64,000 nt of DNA from an uncultured Candidatus Saccharibacteria bacterium (GCA_964621395.1 CAZULS010000002.1:87306-151305); one strand, 5' to 3'. Counted from the first letter of the stretch, positions 18,359-27,706 are shown. The notes: generated from the letters alone by a model not told the origin. A program made the numbers and translations.

Positions 18359-19626
18359 CATCGTCCTAGTATAGAATCCAGCACATTCTTCCCTACAATA
18401 ATTCGCGCGGGAATGTATCCGGCAATAATGGTCACCACAATGATGATGACAATGCGGATGAGCGTTACATCAATTGGCGCCACCAAGATGCCGTCGGAGA
18501 AAGGGAAGTCGATGGGGTTGGCGTCGATGTATGGTTTTAAGGATCCAAAGAGAATTGCCGAACCAATAACCGAGCCGGCAAAAGCATAAAAGAGCGATTG
18601 GAGGATGTAAGAAATGGTAATAGCCGACGGACACACGCCAATGCCTTGGAGAATGCCGATGTATTTGCGGCGGGTCACAGCGTTGATGAAGATGACGATG
18701 AAGACGGTAATGGATGCCACAGAGATACCAATTGCACCGATGACACTGCCGAGGATGTCAAACGTGGTGCCAATATCTTTGAAGAATTGTCCCTGGGATT
18801 CTTCCCATGTTTCAATCTTCGCGCATGAGCAGATATCGGTCTTTTCAAGCTCACTCTTTATGTACACCGCATCGGTACCGGGAGTGAGCACAGCGACGAT
18901 TTCATTGGCGTCTTTTCCGGGGCGGTTGAGGAGCTGGCGGAGGATGGTGTCGTTGATGTAGACGCGTTGAGAGACAGCGGCAACTTTACTCTTCAAGACA
19001 CCGCGAATGGTAAATTCTCGCAGTGTGCCGTTGACACGCAAACGGATGGTGTCGCCCACGTCTACAAGTGAGAGGGTGTCGGAGCCGGGGATATTGCGGA
19101 CATAATTTTCCAAGAGATTGGAGCCCACAATGATGCCGTTTGCATCACCCTTTTCAAGATATTCTCCGGCAATGATGAGATCTGCGAGGTGGGTGACAGA
19201 ATCTTCACTTGCCGGATCAATACCGGCAATACCGGCGCTGACGGATTCTGTCTTGTCGGACACATTGCTCTTGTTGCGATAATTCGCTTCCACACTGCCG
19301 CCGGCAAGCATGCGCGAGGTCACGGCCACAACCTCAGGAAACGACCTCAATGTTTTCTCAATATTTGCCGTGTCTTCGATGAAGTTTTTTGATTCAATAT
19401 TGGAGAGAATGATATCGCCGGAATATTGCGCGCGATAAGCGTTGGAAGAACCTTCCACCAAGCCGCTCAAAATGCCACTCACAAAGACGAGATTGAGAAA
19501 GGTGAGTGTCATGATGAAGACGATGAGAATTGTCGTCCAGATATTGGCGCGTTTGAGCGCGCGAAATGCGAGAAAATTTCCGACCCGAAAAGCATCAGGA
19601 CACCACGTGAAAGGGTTGAATGACAT
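18358..19626 (-). CDS. ABC transporter permease, FtsX/MacB/LolE family
   Basis: 4-TM FtsX architecture with a large extracytoplasmic loop. It lies upstream of the ATPase on the minus strand. Confidence 0.8.
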   Translation of the reverse strand: MSFNPFTWCPDAFRVGNFLAFRALKRANIWTTILIVFIMTLTFLNLVFVSGILSGLVEGSSNAYRAQYSGDIILSNIESKNFIEDTANIEKTLRSFPEVVAVTSRMLAGGSVEANYRNKSNVSDKTESVSAGIAGIDPASEDSVTHLADLIIAGEYLEKGDANGIIVGSNLLENYVRNIPGSDTLSLVDVGDTIRLRVNGTLREFTIRGVLKSKVAAVSQRVYINDTILRQLLNRPGKDANEIVAVLTPGTDAVYIKSELEKTDICSCAKIETWEESQGQFFKDIGTTFDILGSVIGAIGISVASITVFIVIFINAVTRRKYIGILQGIGVCPSAITISYILQSLFYAFAGSVIGSAILFGSLKPYIDANPIDFPFSDGILVAPIDVTLIRIVIIIVVTIIAGYIPARIIVGKNVLDSILGR

Positions 19627-19639
19627 AGGGGTATTGTAG

Positions 19640-19795
19640 CATACAATGAGAAGTTAGAAATTAGAAAATAGAAGTTAGAAAAGGTGCGCTACGCGCGCCT
19701 ACCTTGTCATTCCGCACTTGATGCGGAATCTTGCCGCGCGAAGCCTTGGCGGAGTGGGGACGCCGCGCCTACCTTGTCATTCCGGCCTCTTTATC
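19640..19795. repeat. Repeat cluster: TTAGAAGT/TTAGAAA array (family J), two B-type GTCATTCCGCACTTGATGCGGAATC copies, family-H motif GCGAAGCCTTGGCGGAGTGGGG
   Basis: Family H also occurs at 3035..3060 and, reverse-complemented, at 46524..46550. Confidence 0.55.
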
Positions 19796-19883
19796 CCGCT
19801 CAGTTTTCTTCTTTCTTGAAAACTGAGGCGTGGGCGAGCCGGAACCCAGCTTTTTTCTTTACAACAAAAAAAGACCTACTCAC

Positions 19884-21062
19884 TCAAAGAGCTTTCGGTC
19901 TGTAGGTGTATATAAGATATACACCAATAAAGAACACAATAATGCCCACACCGACAAAACAGGTCGTAAGTGAGAACGCGTCGATGGCGAATCCATACAC
20001 ACCGAGTGCAACCATTTGCATAAAGAATGCCACACTTGATTTCACCGAGTTGACAGTTGCCCTTGAGGAACTGTCAATTTCTCGGTTGAGTATTTCTCCC
20101 ATAAGAGGTGGTATAAACCCTCGCATGAGAGCAAAGCTGGCGATGAGGCCGACACTTCCCTGTGAAGGGAGGAGACCCATAAGTACAAATGGTACGGAGA
20201 GCATCATAACTGATACGACAACACTCACATACTCACGTGTACGGCCATGCACCACATGTGAAAAAGCGCTTCCGAGCCAGCTTATGATACCGGCACAGAA
20301 GAGGACAACACCGTAGAGCGAAAGATTAAGTCCAACTTCTTCAAAGTATGGATTATAAGAGAAAAACGATATTTTCCTAACGACAGCAGCAAGTCCGGAA
20401 AAGAAAATAATCCAGAGTACTTTCTTTTTCCGTAGTGCAATGCGCGCCCCCAGCGCAATACCTCTTAGCTCAGAGGTCACAGACGTTTTCTTCTGCATCG
20501 GCGGTTCAATGAATGCAAACGCTGCTCCAATAGAAACGAGCAGAAAGGGAAGCCCTGCAATCATAGGGAGCCGGAGCGAGATTGCCGCAAGAAAACCCGT
20601 GGCAAGCGCACCGAATGTCTCAAGTGCAATCATGCCTCCATTTCCTTGTCCGAGAATTTTATGAAATTCTCTTTCTCGTCCTTCATACGCAAGTGAATCT
20701 CGTAGGAGTGCAATGTCCGCTCCTGAAATACAGGTCATGCCAATCATGACGAAAATGTTTCCAGACCACATTGCCGTTACTCCTTCCCCGAATGCAAAGA
20801 TGCTCATACCAATCAAGTCAAGAAAGACACCAATAATAATCATTCGTTTTCTTCCGATCATATCAGCAATTGCCCCTGTGGGTATTTCGACCAAGAATGT
20901 GAGGACAAGCACTATTGCTTCCATGAAGTAAATGTCGGAAAGCGACATGTGTCCTATTTCTTGTATGTACAAGATAAGTATAGGTGCCCAAAAAGGAGCG
21001 GTGCCACATGTCTTGAATATACGAAACGCACGTATATTCCGCTGGATGTGAGAGTGTTTCAT
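19884..21062 (-). CDS. MFS transporter
   Basis: 12 predicted TM helices and the MFS motif GRKRMIIIG. The start is taken at MKHSHIQ. Confidence 0.75.
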   Translation of the reverse strand: MKHSHIQRNIRAFRIFKTCGTAPFWAPILILYIQEIGHMSLSDIYFMEAIVLVLTFLVEIPTGAIADMIGRKRMIIIGVFLDLIGMSIFAFGEGVTAMWSGNIFVMIGMTCISGADIALLRDSLAYEGREREFHKILGQGNGGMIALETFGALATGFLAAISLRLPMIAGLPFLLVSIGAAFAFIEPPMQKKTSVTSELRGIALGARIALRKKKVLWIIFFSGLAAVVRKISFFSYNPYFEEVGLNLSLYGVVLFCAGIISWLGSAFSHVVHGRTREYVSVVVSVMMLSVPFVLMGLLPSQGSVGLIASFALMRGFIPPLMGEILNREIDSSSRATVNSVKSSVAFFMQMVALGVYGFAIDAFSLTTCFVGVGIIVFFIGVYLIYTYRPKAL

Positions 21063-21397
21063 GAGAGGTGTATTTAATTGTGAAGGAGCGAAAAGAGTTA
21101 CAACCAAACAAAAACTTCGGCTTTTGTCCGGCCGAAGTCTTTCTAGGGGGTATACATAGGGAGAGTATTACCTACACAAATATCGGCTGAACAAAAGAGG
21201 GAAAGAGGTCATGCGAGAAAAAGGCACGACCTGAATTGCCTGCTTTGTGTTTGTATAAAGCCAATTGTGTATGTGATGTACCATATAGTTATGTATAGCA
21301 GAATGTGTCATCTTTGTCAACCCCTCCCGTAATTTCTTCCACACGAGTGATATGAAGAGAAAAAACAAATCCTGCGTAATGTGATACACTACAATAT

Positions 21398-21637
21398 ATG
21401 ACAGCACTTTCGCGAACAATTCTCCCCATGCCCAAAGATGTGAAAGATGCGCTTGTTGAGCGCGGTGTGTGGAGCGACTACATGGCACGGCCGGCGTATC
21501 AGCGCAACGATTACATTGGCTGGATTGACCGAGCCAAACGAATAGAGACACGGCAGAAGCGCATCGCCCAGATGACCGATGAACTCACAAAAGGAGGAGT
21601 GTATATGGGAATGGAGCACGCTCCGTCGAAAAAATAA
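21398..21637 (+). CDS. YdeI/OmpD-associated (OmdA-like) family small protein
   Basis: RPAYQRNDYIGWIDRAKRIETRQKRI resembles PF13376. 79 aa. Confidence 0.45.
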   Translation: MTALSRTILPMPKDVKDALVERGVWSDYMARPAYQRNDYIGWIDRAKRIETRQKRIAQMTDELTKGGVYMGMEHAPSKK

Positions 21638-21680
21638 AACCCGCCTTATCCGGCGGGTGGAGATGTTTCTCGTATCTGAG

Positions 21681-22343
21681 TCAGGGGAAAAAATGGAAAC
21701 GGACTTTATGCATCTTCTCCAATGCATCAGCAAGAATAAGACTTTCCTCGGCATTGATGAGAATTTTCTGAATGAACTCACCTTCTCCTAATCTCATTCT
21801 CATGTCGAGGTGAAAGTAGCTATCATCCTCGAGTGTAGCACTTAGACAAGAAAGATCTTTATCCCAAGCTGGAATACGTTTCGATCCTGAGTCTCCGTTG
21901 AAGAGATAGAATTTTATTTTGGTGTTAACTCGCCCCTCTTCTAGTTTTAAATATAACTCAAAACCGGTGATGTATACCTGCGAAGAGGGTGGTGTGAGTT
22001 TACCGTGTATCCTCAACTCTTTTCCTTCACGAATGAATTTTTTCCGATAGAGAACGACTGTCCGGTCTTCTTCGTCTCTGAGTATCTTGGATTGTTCGCT
22101 CTCCGGGAGAGCAAGGAACTTTTTTGCGTCTTCAATAACGGGTTTCTCCTCGAGCCCCTGATTTCTTCCTGGGAGGATATCCATAGGATTAGTTTTTGGC
22201 ATGACTTTTTTCTGTTTAAAGGGTTGGGATAAAGTGCAACTGCATGTAGGGTAATGCATATATGAGATAAGGTCAAGTTTGGCTATTGCCATTTTTTGCT
22301 CTTTTGGTATGATAATGAGCGCCCCTGACAGGACAAAGCACAA
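21681..22343 (-). CDS. hypothetical protein
   Basis: 220 aa ORF with no recognisable family. The true start may be the internal MPKTNP at 22253. Confidence 0.45.
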   Translation of the reverse strand: MCFVLSGALIIIPKEQKMAIAKLDLISYMHYPTCSCTLSQPFKQKKVMPKTNPMDILPGRNQGLEEKPVIEDAKKFLALPESEQSKILRDEEDRTVVLYRKKFIREGKELRIHGKLTPPSSQVYITGFELYLKLEEGRVNTKIKFYLFNGDSGSKRIPAWDKDLSCLSATLEDDSYFHLDMRMRLGEGEFIQKILINAEESLILADALEKMHKVRFHFFP

Positions 22344-22358
22344 AACGACAAAAGAATA

Positions 22359-22431
22359 TTCCGCGGTAGCTCAGTTGGTAGAGCGGTCGGCTGTTAACCG
22401 ATTGGTCGCAGGTTCGAGCCCTGCCCGCGGA
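22359..22431 (+). tRNA. tRNA-Asn (anticodon GTT)
   Basis: Cloverleaf: acceptor TCCGCGG/CCGCGGA, D-arm TAGCTCAGTTGGTAGAGC, anticodon loop CTGTTAA, T-arm GCAGGTTCGAGCCCTGC, discriminator G. CCA is not encoded. Confidence 0.85.
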
Positions 22432-22445
22432 GCATAATATAGTTT

Positions 22446-22475
22446 GACCCCGAGGCATGTCCTCGGGGTCTTACT
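22446..22475 (+). terminator. Hairpin GACCCCGAGG-CATGTC-CCTCGGGGTC after tRNA-Asn; it is also the centre of a ~95 nt palindrome
   Basis: Perfect 10 bp stem. The flanks TAATATAGT / ACTATATTA and the tRNA 3' end / inverted copy extend the palindrome. Confidence 0.55.
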
Positions 22476-22632
22476 ATATTACTCCGCGGCAGGGCTCGAA
22501 CGGCGGAGCAGCGGGTCCCCGCTTGCGGGGCTGCGAGCCGCGTCCAGGAGTACTTTGCGGATTGCGAATATCTGGAGCAATACGCTTAGTAACTCCGGGA
22601 CAGTCCTGCCCGCCCTTTGGGGCGTTTTTCAT
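22476..22632 (+). other. tRNA-associated conserved GC-rich element, copy 1
   Basis: Inverted copy of the tRNA-Asn T-loop-to-acceptor region (CTCCGCGGCAGGGCTCGAAC) fused to the core GGCGGAGCAGCGGGTCCCCGCTTGCGGGGCTGCGAGCCGCGTCCAGG. It ends at the terminator CGCCC-TTTG-GGGCG-TTTTT. About 60 nt are shared with 33040..33104 (minus strand). Confidence 0.4.
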
Positions 22633-22840
22633 ATGCTCCGCGGGAGCAAGCCAACTGCTTAGCTTGCGTCAGGGCTCGAAAGCCGCAGCCATGTTGGAGC
22701 GCTTGCGCGACGACGGCGAGGCCGGGTCGGAAGCACTTAGCAGAATACGAGCTTTAGCGAAGTGTTATGCTTAGTGACTTGTGACCGAGCACTTAGTATG
22801 GTCCCGGGTGAGGCATGTCCTCGGGGTTTTACAGATCGTA

Positions 22841-22869
22841 TTGACAAACAGCAAGCTGTCGATTAGAAT
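22841..22869 (+). promoter_or_regulatory. Candidate sigma-70 promoter TTGACA-N17-TAGAAT
   Basis: Consensus -35 and near-consensus -10. A ~170 nt transcript would end at the terminator CCGCC-TCAC-GGCGG-T7 near 23020..23048, and contains no ORF. Confidence 0.4.
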
Positions 22870-23104
22870 AGACACAGACATAAGGACCTTGTCTCATCAG
22901 CATCAAGTCCGAGCCTCTTGGCTCATTACCAAGCGGCTGAGAGGCCTAAAAAAATACGATGCCGTTGGCAGGGCCCTGCCGATGTTGATGGACTTGGTCC
23001 TTTTTTGTATAAAGCAAAACCGCCTCACGGCGGTCTTTTTTTGTGCCAGCCACTCACTTTTCACTGCTTAATACCTCAATAGGCTTATACAAAATGATAG
23101 GAAG

Positions 23105-23293
23105 TCAGATTAAGAAACTTGCCAGACCAATGGTGAAGAGGGAAGGAATAATGGGAAAAGGAAATATGTCTCCATAGAAACCAAACCACTCAAGCCAAAC
23201 CATAATAATAACCGACAGCGCACAAAGAAGCATGCACACGAAGAATGTTTTTAGAGAGGCATGTTCAATGGTGTGAATTGTTTGCTTGTTCAT
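23105..23293 (-). CDS. hypothetical small membrane protein (62 aa)
   Basis: Two hydrophobic helices. Weak call. Confidence 0.3.
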   Translation of the reverse strand: MNKQTIHTIEHASLKTFFVCMLLCALSVIIMVWLEWFGFYGDIFPFPIIPSLFTIGLASFLI

Positions 23294-23369
23294 GCGCGTA
23301 TAGTGTAGCGCAATCTACTTTTAAAGATTAATAACAGACAAGATAATTAAAATCAGGTATAGTTTCTGT

Positions 23370-23894
23370 ATGATGTTAGACGTCTCCAATCCATCTTTTG
23401 TAATCTCCCAAGCATCGATGTTCATTGCGACTGCTTTAGTATTTATATCGTATCAGTTTAGAGAAGGGAAAATATTTAGGTGGTTGTTTGTCGTTGCAGG
23501 AGCTCTTTCTGCTCTACATTTTATTTTGTTGGGGGCTATAACGGCGTCAATCATTGTTGCCATTAATAGTTTACGATGGTTAGTAAGTATTTTCTCCAAA
23601 GAACGAGCTTTTCTTTATTCTTTCGTGGTCTTAATGATTGGAATATTATTTTTTACATACGAAAACATTTTTTCATTTCTTCCAGCAATGGCGGGGGTCA
23701 TTGCAACATTTGCCATCTTTCATAAAGATGAATTGCAGACGAGAATAATACTTTTGATTGTAGGTTTAATGTGGCTGAGTTATAACTTCATTATTTTTAG
23801 TCCAGTGGGAATAATCTCAGAAATTTTATTTTTCTCATCGGGTATTATTGGTTATGTAAGATTAAGGGCATCACAGCGTGAAGAAACACGGTGA
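23370..23894 (+). CDS. hypothetical 5-TM membrane protein (YgjV-like?)
   Basis: 174 aa, multiple TM helices, ending 3 nt into the fba ORF. Confidence 0.45.
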   Translation: MMLDVSNPSFVISQASMFIATALVFISYQFREGKIFRWLFVVAGALSALHFILLGAITASIIVAINSLRWLVSIFSKERAFLYSFVVLMIGILFFTYENIFSFLPAMAGVIATFAIFHKDELQTRIILLIVGLMWLSYNFIIFSPVGIISEILFFSSGIIGYVRLRASQREETR

Positions 23895-23953
23895 AATACC
23901 CCCCCCAACTCATCCCTCCGTGGCATATCCCAGGGGTATGGTATACTTTCTTT

Positions 23954-24841
23954 ATGAACACAGAACAACTTTCAAGAATGAGACACGATAAGGGCTTTAT
24001 TGCGGCTCTTGATCAGAGCGGGGGATCGACTCCGCGGGCGCTTCTTTCATATGGCATCGGCGAGGATGCGTATGCCAATGAGGAAGAAATGTTTGCTCTT
24101 GTGCACGAGATGCGCACGCGCATTGCGACATCGCCTGCTTTTAGCGGAGAAAAAATACTCGGCGCAATTCTTTTTAAGCACACCATGGAGCATCAGATAG
24201 AGGGGAAAGATACGGCTGATTATCTTTGGGAAGAAAAAGGCATTGTTCCTTTTTTGAAGGTGGACAATGGTCTTCTAGAAGAGACAAACGGTGTGCAGCT
24301 AATGAAGCCGATGCCGGATCTCGATGAGCTTCTTCTCCGCGCGCGTGAAAAACACATATGGGGTACGAAAATGCGTTCGCTCATCAACGACTTACATGAG
24401 AAAGGGATACGGGAGGTTGTGGCACAGCAATTTGAAGTGGCGAAGCATATTATTGCACAAGGCTTTGTCCCTATTATCGAGCCGGAAGTGAGTATTGTTG
24501 CTCCGGAGAAGGCAGAGATTGAAGAGATGTTGGCGCAGGAAATACAATCACATCTCGACACGCTTTCAGACGATCAGCTTGTTATGCTTAAGCTCACACT
24601 TCCCGAAAAGAGCAATCTCTATGAAGCGTTTACAGAGCATCCGAATGTGGTGCGCGTTGTTGCACTTTCGGGCGGATACAGCAGGGAAGAGGCGAACAAT
24701 CGATTGAGCAAGAATTACAATGTCATCGCCAGTTTCTCCCGCGCACTCACGGAAGGGCTCTCTGTAGAGCAAAGTGATGAGGAGTTTAATACATCATTTG
24801 CTCAAGTCATTGAGAGTATTTATCAAGCGTCGATTACATAG
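23954..24841 (+). CDS. fba: fructose-bisphosphate aldolase class I
   Basis: [16 protein letters not shown] and active-site region resemble the bacterial class I FBA (Fda/FbaB type). The start is at MNTEQL. Confidence 0.8.
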   Translation: MNTEQLSRMRHDKGFIAALDQSGGSTPRALLSYGIGEDAYANEEEMFALVHEMRTRIATSPAFSGEKILGAILFKHTMEHQIEGKDTADYLWEEKGIVPFLKVDNGLLEETNGVQLMKPMPDLDELLLRAREKHIWGTKMRSLINDLHEKGIREVVAQQFEVAKHIIAQGFVPIIEPEVSIVAPEKAEIEEMLAQEIQSHLDTLSDDQLVMLKLTLPEKSNLYEAFTEHPNVVRVVALSGGYSREEANNRLSKNYNVIASFSRALTEGLSVEQSDEEFNTSFAQVIESIYQASIT

Positions 24842-24871
24842 AGTTTGTTATTCGTTTATTTTTTTCATATG

Positions 24872-25348
24872 AATACATCAATACAAGAACTCCCCGAGAT
24901 GCGCGTTGCTTTTATTCACAATGTAGGTCCGTATGCGGGAGACAAAGAGCTTTTTAGTCGATTGTTTACTCAGCTTGGTAACTGGATGGGGGAGCGAAAC
25001 GCTTTCACTCCCGAGACTGTCTTTCTCTCTGCGTATTATGATGATCCGTCTACCACGCCGCCGGAAGAGCATCGTCTTGATGTGTGTGCCATCGTGCCTG
25101 AGGGAATGGAAGGAAGCGGTGATGTGAAGATTCAAACACTTCCCGGAGGGAAATATATGGTGGGATCTTTCACCGCCAAAGGTCCGGAGGATTATCAAAA
25201 AGCATGGAATGATATTTGGGAAGAAGGGCTTCCGAAACATAATCAAACACCTGATTTCGAACGACCGTTTTACGAAATCTACCGCAGCGATCCAAAGAGC
25301 GACCCGGAAGGAAAACACGAAGTAGAAATATGTGTTGCGGTGAAGTAA
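24872..25348 (+). CDS. GyrI-like small-molecule-binding domain protein
   Basis: The length (158 aa) and ELPEMRVAFIHNVGPY...GGKYMVGSFTAKGPEDYQKAW fit the AraC effector-binding / GyrI-like fold. Confidence 0.65.
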   Translation, partial: NTSIQELPEMRVAFIHNVGPYAGDKELFSRLFTQLGNWMGERNAFTPETVFLSAYYDDPSTTPPEEHRLDVCAIVPEGMEGSGDVKIQTLPGGKYMVGSFTAKGPEDYQKAWNDIWEEGLPKHNQTPDFERPFYEIYRSDPKSDPEGKHEVEICVAVK

Positions 25349-25559
25349 GTACTTCTCTCGTTTGCTGTATGTAGGAGTATCTAATACCACTTACGTATGC
25401 AAATTAAAATGACCACCTGAAAGTATAGTGGTTATTTTAATTCTATATTTCGATATAGACTCAGTATATGTAAGCGGTGTTGGATGCTCTGTATCTTTAG
25501 GATATATCGGTATATAATATTCTTGTTTTATTATTTCATTTTTTAGTCTCTTCACATAT

Positions 25560-27008
25560 ATGCTGAAAAAGACACGTATTATTGGGACCATTGGTCCGGC
25601 TTCGGAATCTCCTGCTGTGCTTACCAAGCTTATGAAGGCGGGCATGAATGTTGCGCGGTTGAATTTCTCACATGGTGATCACTCGTGGCACAAAGCGACA
25701 TATACGACCATTCGGAAAACGGCGGAGAAGTGCGGATGCACTGTGGCGATTATGCAGGATCTCATGGGTCCGAAGATTCGCATCGGAGATTTTGCGACAG
25801 AGTTTGTAACACTCAAGAAGGGCATGACGTTTACTCTGCGCACGAAAAAAGGGAAGGGGGATGAAAGTGGCGCGTATATTACGTATGAGGATTTGTATAA
25901 GGATGTGGAGAAGGGCGACACAGTACTTCTTGATGATGGGAAGGTGGCACTCATAGTTAGTGCAATAAATGGAAGTGATGTGGTGTGTAAGGTGAAAATC
26001 GGCGGGCGTATTCGCGGACGACGCACGGTGAATGTGCCGGGGGCGTATCTTTCGCTCTCTTCACTTACAAAGAAAGATAAAGAGGACTTGGTCTTGGGCG
26101 TGAAGCTTGGCGTGGATGTGGTGGCGCTTTCTTTTGTGCGTACGGCGGACGATGTGCGTGAACTCAAAAAGCTTCTGAAAAAGCATGGTTCGCAAGCGAA
26201 GATTGTTGCGAAAATTGAAACACCTGAAGCAGTGGAACATATCGTCGATATCGCTCATGAAGCGGATGCGGTAATGGTGGCGCGAGGGGATTTGGCGGTG
26301 GAGGTGCCGCGCGAGGACGTGCCGCTCATTCAAAAAGACATTGTTCGAATTTGTAATGCTTTGGGAAAGCCGGTATTTGTGGCAACACAGATGCTTGAGA
26401 CGATGATTACGGAAGCGAATCCGACGCGTGCGGAAGTGAGCGACATTGCCCATGCGATTCTCGAAGGTGCTGATGGGGTAATGCTTTCGGCAGAGACATC
26501 TGTGGGTGCCTATCCGGTGGAGGCGGTAAACGTGATGAGCCGTGTGGCGCAAAAAGTGGAAGGAAGGAGTGAGAATCGTGATATTACCCGTATGCCGCAT
26601 GTATGCAACGGACGAGAAGGGTGTGATCGAACAATCGTGGATGCGGTGAGTGAAAGTGCTGTACGTATGGCACGCACAGTGAACGCAAAGGCGATTATTG
26701 CGCTGACGGATTCGGGATTTACCGCACGTATGATTGCACGCTTTCGTCCGTCGCAAGAGATTTTTGCCGCGACACCAAATGAAATGACACTGCGACAGAT
26801 GGAACTTTCCTTTGGGTGCCATGCGCGGCGCATCGGTTCGTTTACGTATGTGGGGCAAGTACGCTCGGCGATGGAGGATATTGTGGTGAAAGAAAAAATT
26901 GCCAAAAAGGGCGATACGATTATCATTGCCGCGGGTATTCCGTTTGGAAAGGTGGGCGGTACCAATATGGTACTTGTGCACGTGGTGGGAGATGGCGCGG
27001 GGGAGTAG
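25560..27008 (+). CDS. pyk: pyruvate kinase
   Basis: TKIIGTIGPAS...NFSHGD...MVARGDLAVE...ATQMLE motifs. 482 aa. Confidence 0.9.
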   Translation: MLKKTRIIGTIGPASESPAVLTKLMKAGMNVARLNFSHGDHSWHKATYTTIRKTAEKCGCTVAIMQDLMGPKIRIGDFATEFVTLKKGMTFTLRTKKGKGDESGAYITYEDLYKDVEKGDTVLLDDGKVALIVSAINGSDVVCKVKIGGRIRGRRTVNVPGAYLSLSSLTKKDKEDLVLGVKLGVDVVALSFVRTADDVRELKKLLKKHGSQAKIVAKIETPEAVEHIVDIAHEADAVMVARGDLAVEVPREDVPLIQKDIVRICNALGKPVFVATQMLETMITEANPTRAEVSDIAHAILEGADGVMLSAETSVGAYPVEAVNVMSRVAQKVEGRSENRDITRMPHVCNGREGCDRTIVDAVSESAVRMARTVNAKAIIALTDSGFTARMIARFRPSQEIFAATPNEMTLRQMELSFGCHARRIGSFTYVGQVRSAMEDIVVKEKIAKKGDTIIIAAGIPFGKVGGTNMVLVHVVGDGAGE

Positions 27009-27068
27009 ACGAACAGCCCTAAAGCACAACAAGTTGTGCTCGGGCACGTAAACGATGAACTGTAAAAT

Positions 27069-27106
27069 AAAAAATCGGCGCGAGCTGCGCTCGCGCCGAT
27101 TTTTTA
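27069..27106 (+). terminator. Intrinsic terminator after pyk
   Basis: AAAAATCGGCGCGAGC-TGC-GCTCGCGCCGATTTTTT. Confidence 0.7.
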
Positions 27107-27122
27107 CTCCCCATTCTCTTTA

Positions 27123-27304
27123 CTGTCATCCCGCACTTGATGCGGGATCCAAGCAGACATAATTATGTAGGTAAAACTCTGGATTCCAGGGTCTTGTCAG
27201 GAATGACACATCCTAGGGTTATTCGAAAACCAAGATTGAGTTTTGGTATGAATACCAAAGCTCAACCTTGGTTTTAAGATCCCGCATCAAGTGCGGGATG
27301 ACAG
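27123..27304. repeat. Large B-family element with terminal inverted repeats CTGTCATCCCGCACTTGATGCGGGATC ... GATCCCGCATCAAGTGCGGGATGACAG and internal AAAACCAAG...CCTTGGTTTT palindrome
   Basis: 27 bp TIRs flank ~130 bp. A MITE-like organisation. Confidence 0.65.
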
Positions 27305-27435
27305 GTAATGTTGATAGTGACAAGAAAAAGCACGGCGACCGAAGAACGCTGTGCTTTTTAAATGACGCTTGCAAATAGTTAATAGATGATATAGAGTGTA
27401 TTTCTTAAAGTACTTTCAATCTAAACAAAAACGTT

Positions 27436-27636
27436 ATGCAAACAACAAAGCATGTTGGATGTATTAGTTCTGACGAAGATAAGAAAAAGAAAACAGGTAA
27501 ACTGATACCGGTTCCTTGCACCATTTGTGGGGAGGTTGTCCTGAAAGACGAAGGAGAATACGAGGCAAATAAGCAAAAAGGGATTAATCCTCTCTGTAAA
27601 GAATGTGGGCTGGATCTCTTCTTTGGAGGTAAGTAA
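27436..27636 (+). CDS. hypothetical small zinc-ribbon protein
   Basis: CTIC...CKEC cysteine pairs. 66 aa, with its own bidirectional terminator downstream. Confidence 0.4.
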   Translation: MQTTKHVGCISSDEDKKKKTGKLIPVPCTICGEVVLKDEGEYEANKQKGINPLCKECGLDLFFGGK

Positions 27637-27673
27637 GGAAAAGCGCTCTGTGAATGAGCGCTTTTTAGATTGA

Positions 27674-27706
27674 AAAAAGACCGCGAGCGTGAGCTCGCGG
27701 TCTTTA
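27674..27706. terminator. Bidirectional intrinsic terminator (AAAAAAGACCGCGAGC-GTG-AGCTCGCGGTCTTT)
   Basis: A-run before and T-run after a perfect 13 bp stem. It lies between the convergent zinc-ribbon ORF and hisS. Confidence 0.65.

Noticed and set aside
22457-22774. 105 aa ORF across the GC-rich region downstream of tRNA-Asn. I also considered a tmRNA (ssrA) reading of this region on either strand, because the ORF ends in ...ALAKCYA with a TAG TGA double stop and there are tRNA-like GTTCGAGCCCTGC segments.
   Set aside because: There is no tRNA-like-domain acceptor/T-arm pairing ending in CCA, no 5' GGGG...UUCGAC signature and no credible resume codon or tag. The tRNA-like segments are inverted partial copies of the adjacent tRNA-Asn. 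The ORF is best explained by GC-rich sequence lacking stop codons.
26061-27047. Long antisense ORFs opposite well-supported genes: 328 aa opposite pyk, 334 aa at 35190..36194 opposite truB, 249 aa at 50327..51076 opposite rpoA, 206 aa at 54068..54688 opposite grpE, and several within dnaK and HlyD.
   Set aside because: Each overlaps a conserved housekeeping gene on the other strand and has no homology. They are typical shadow ORFs.
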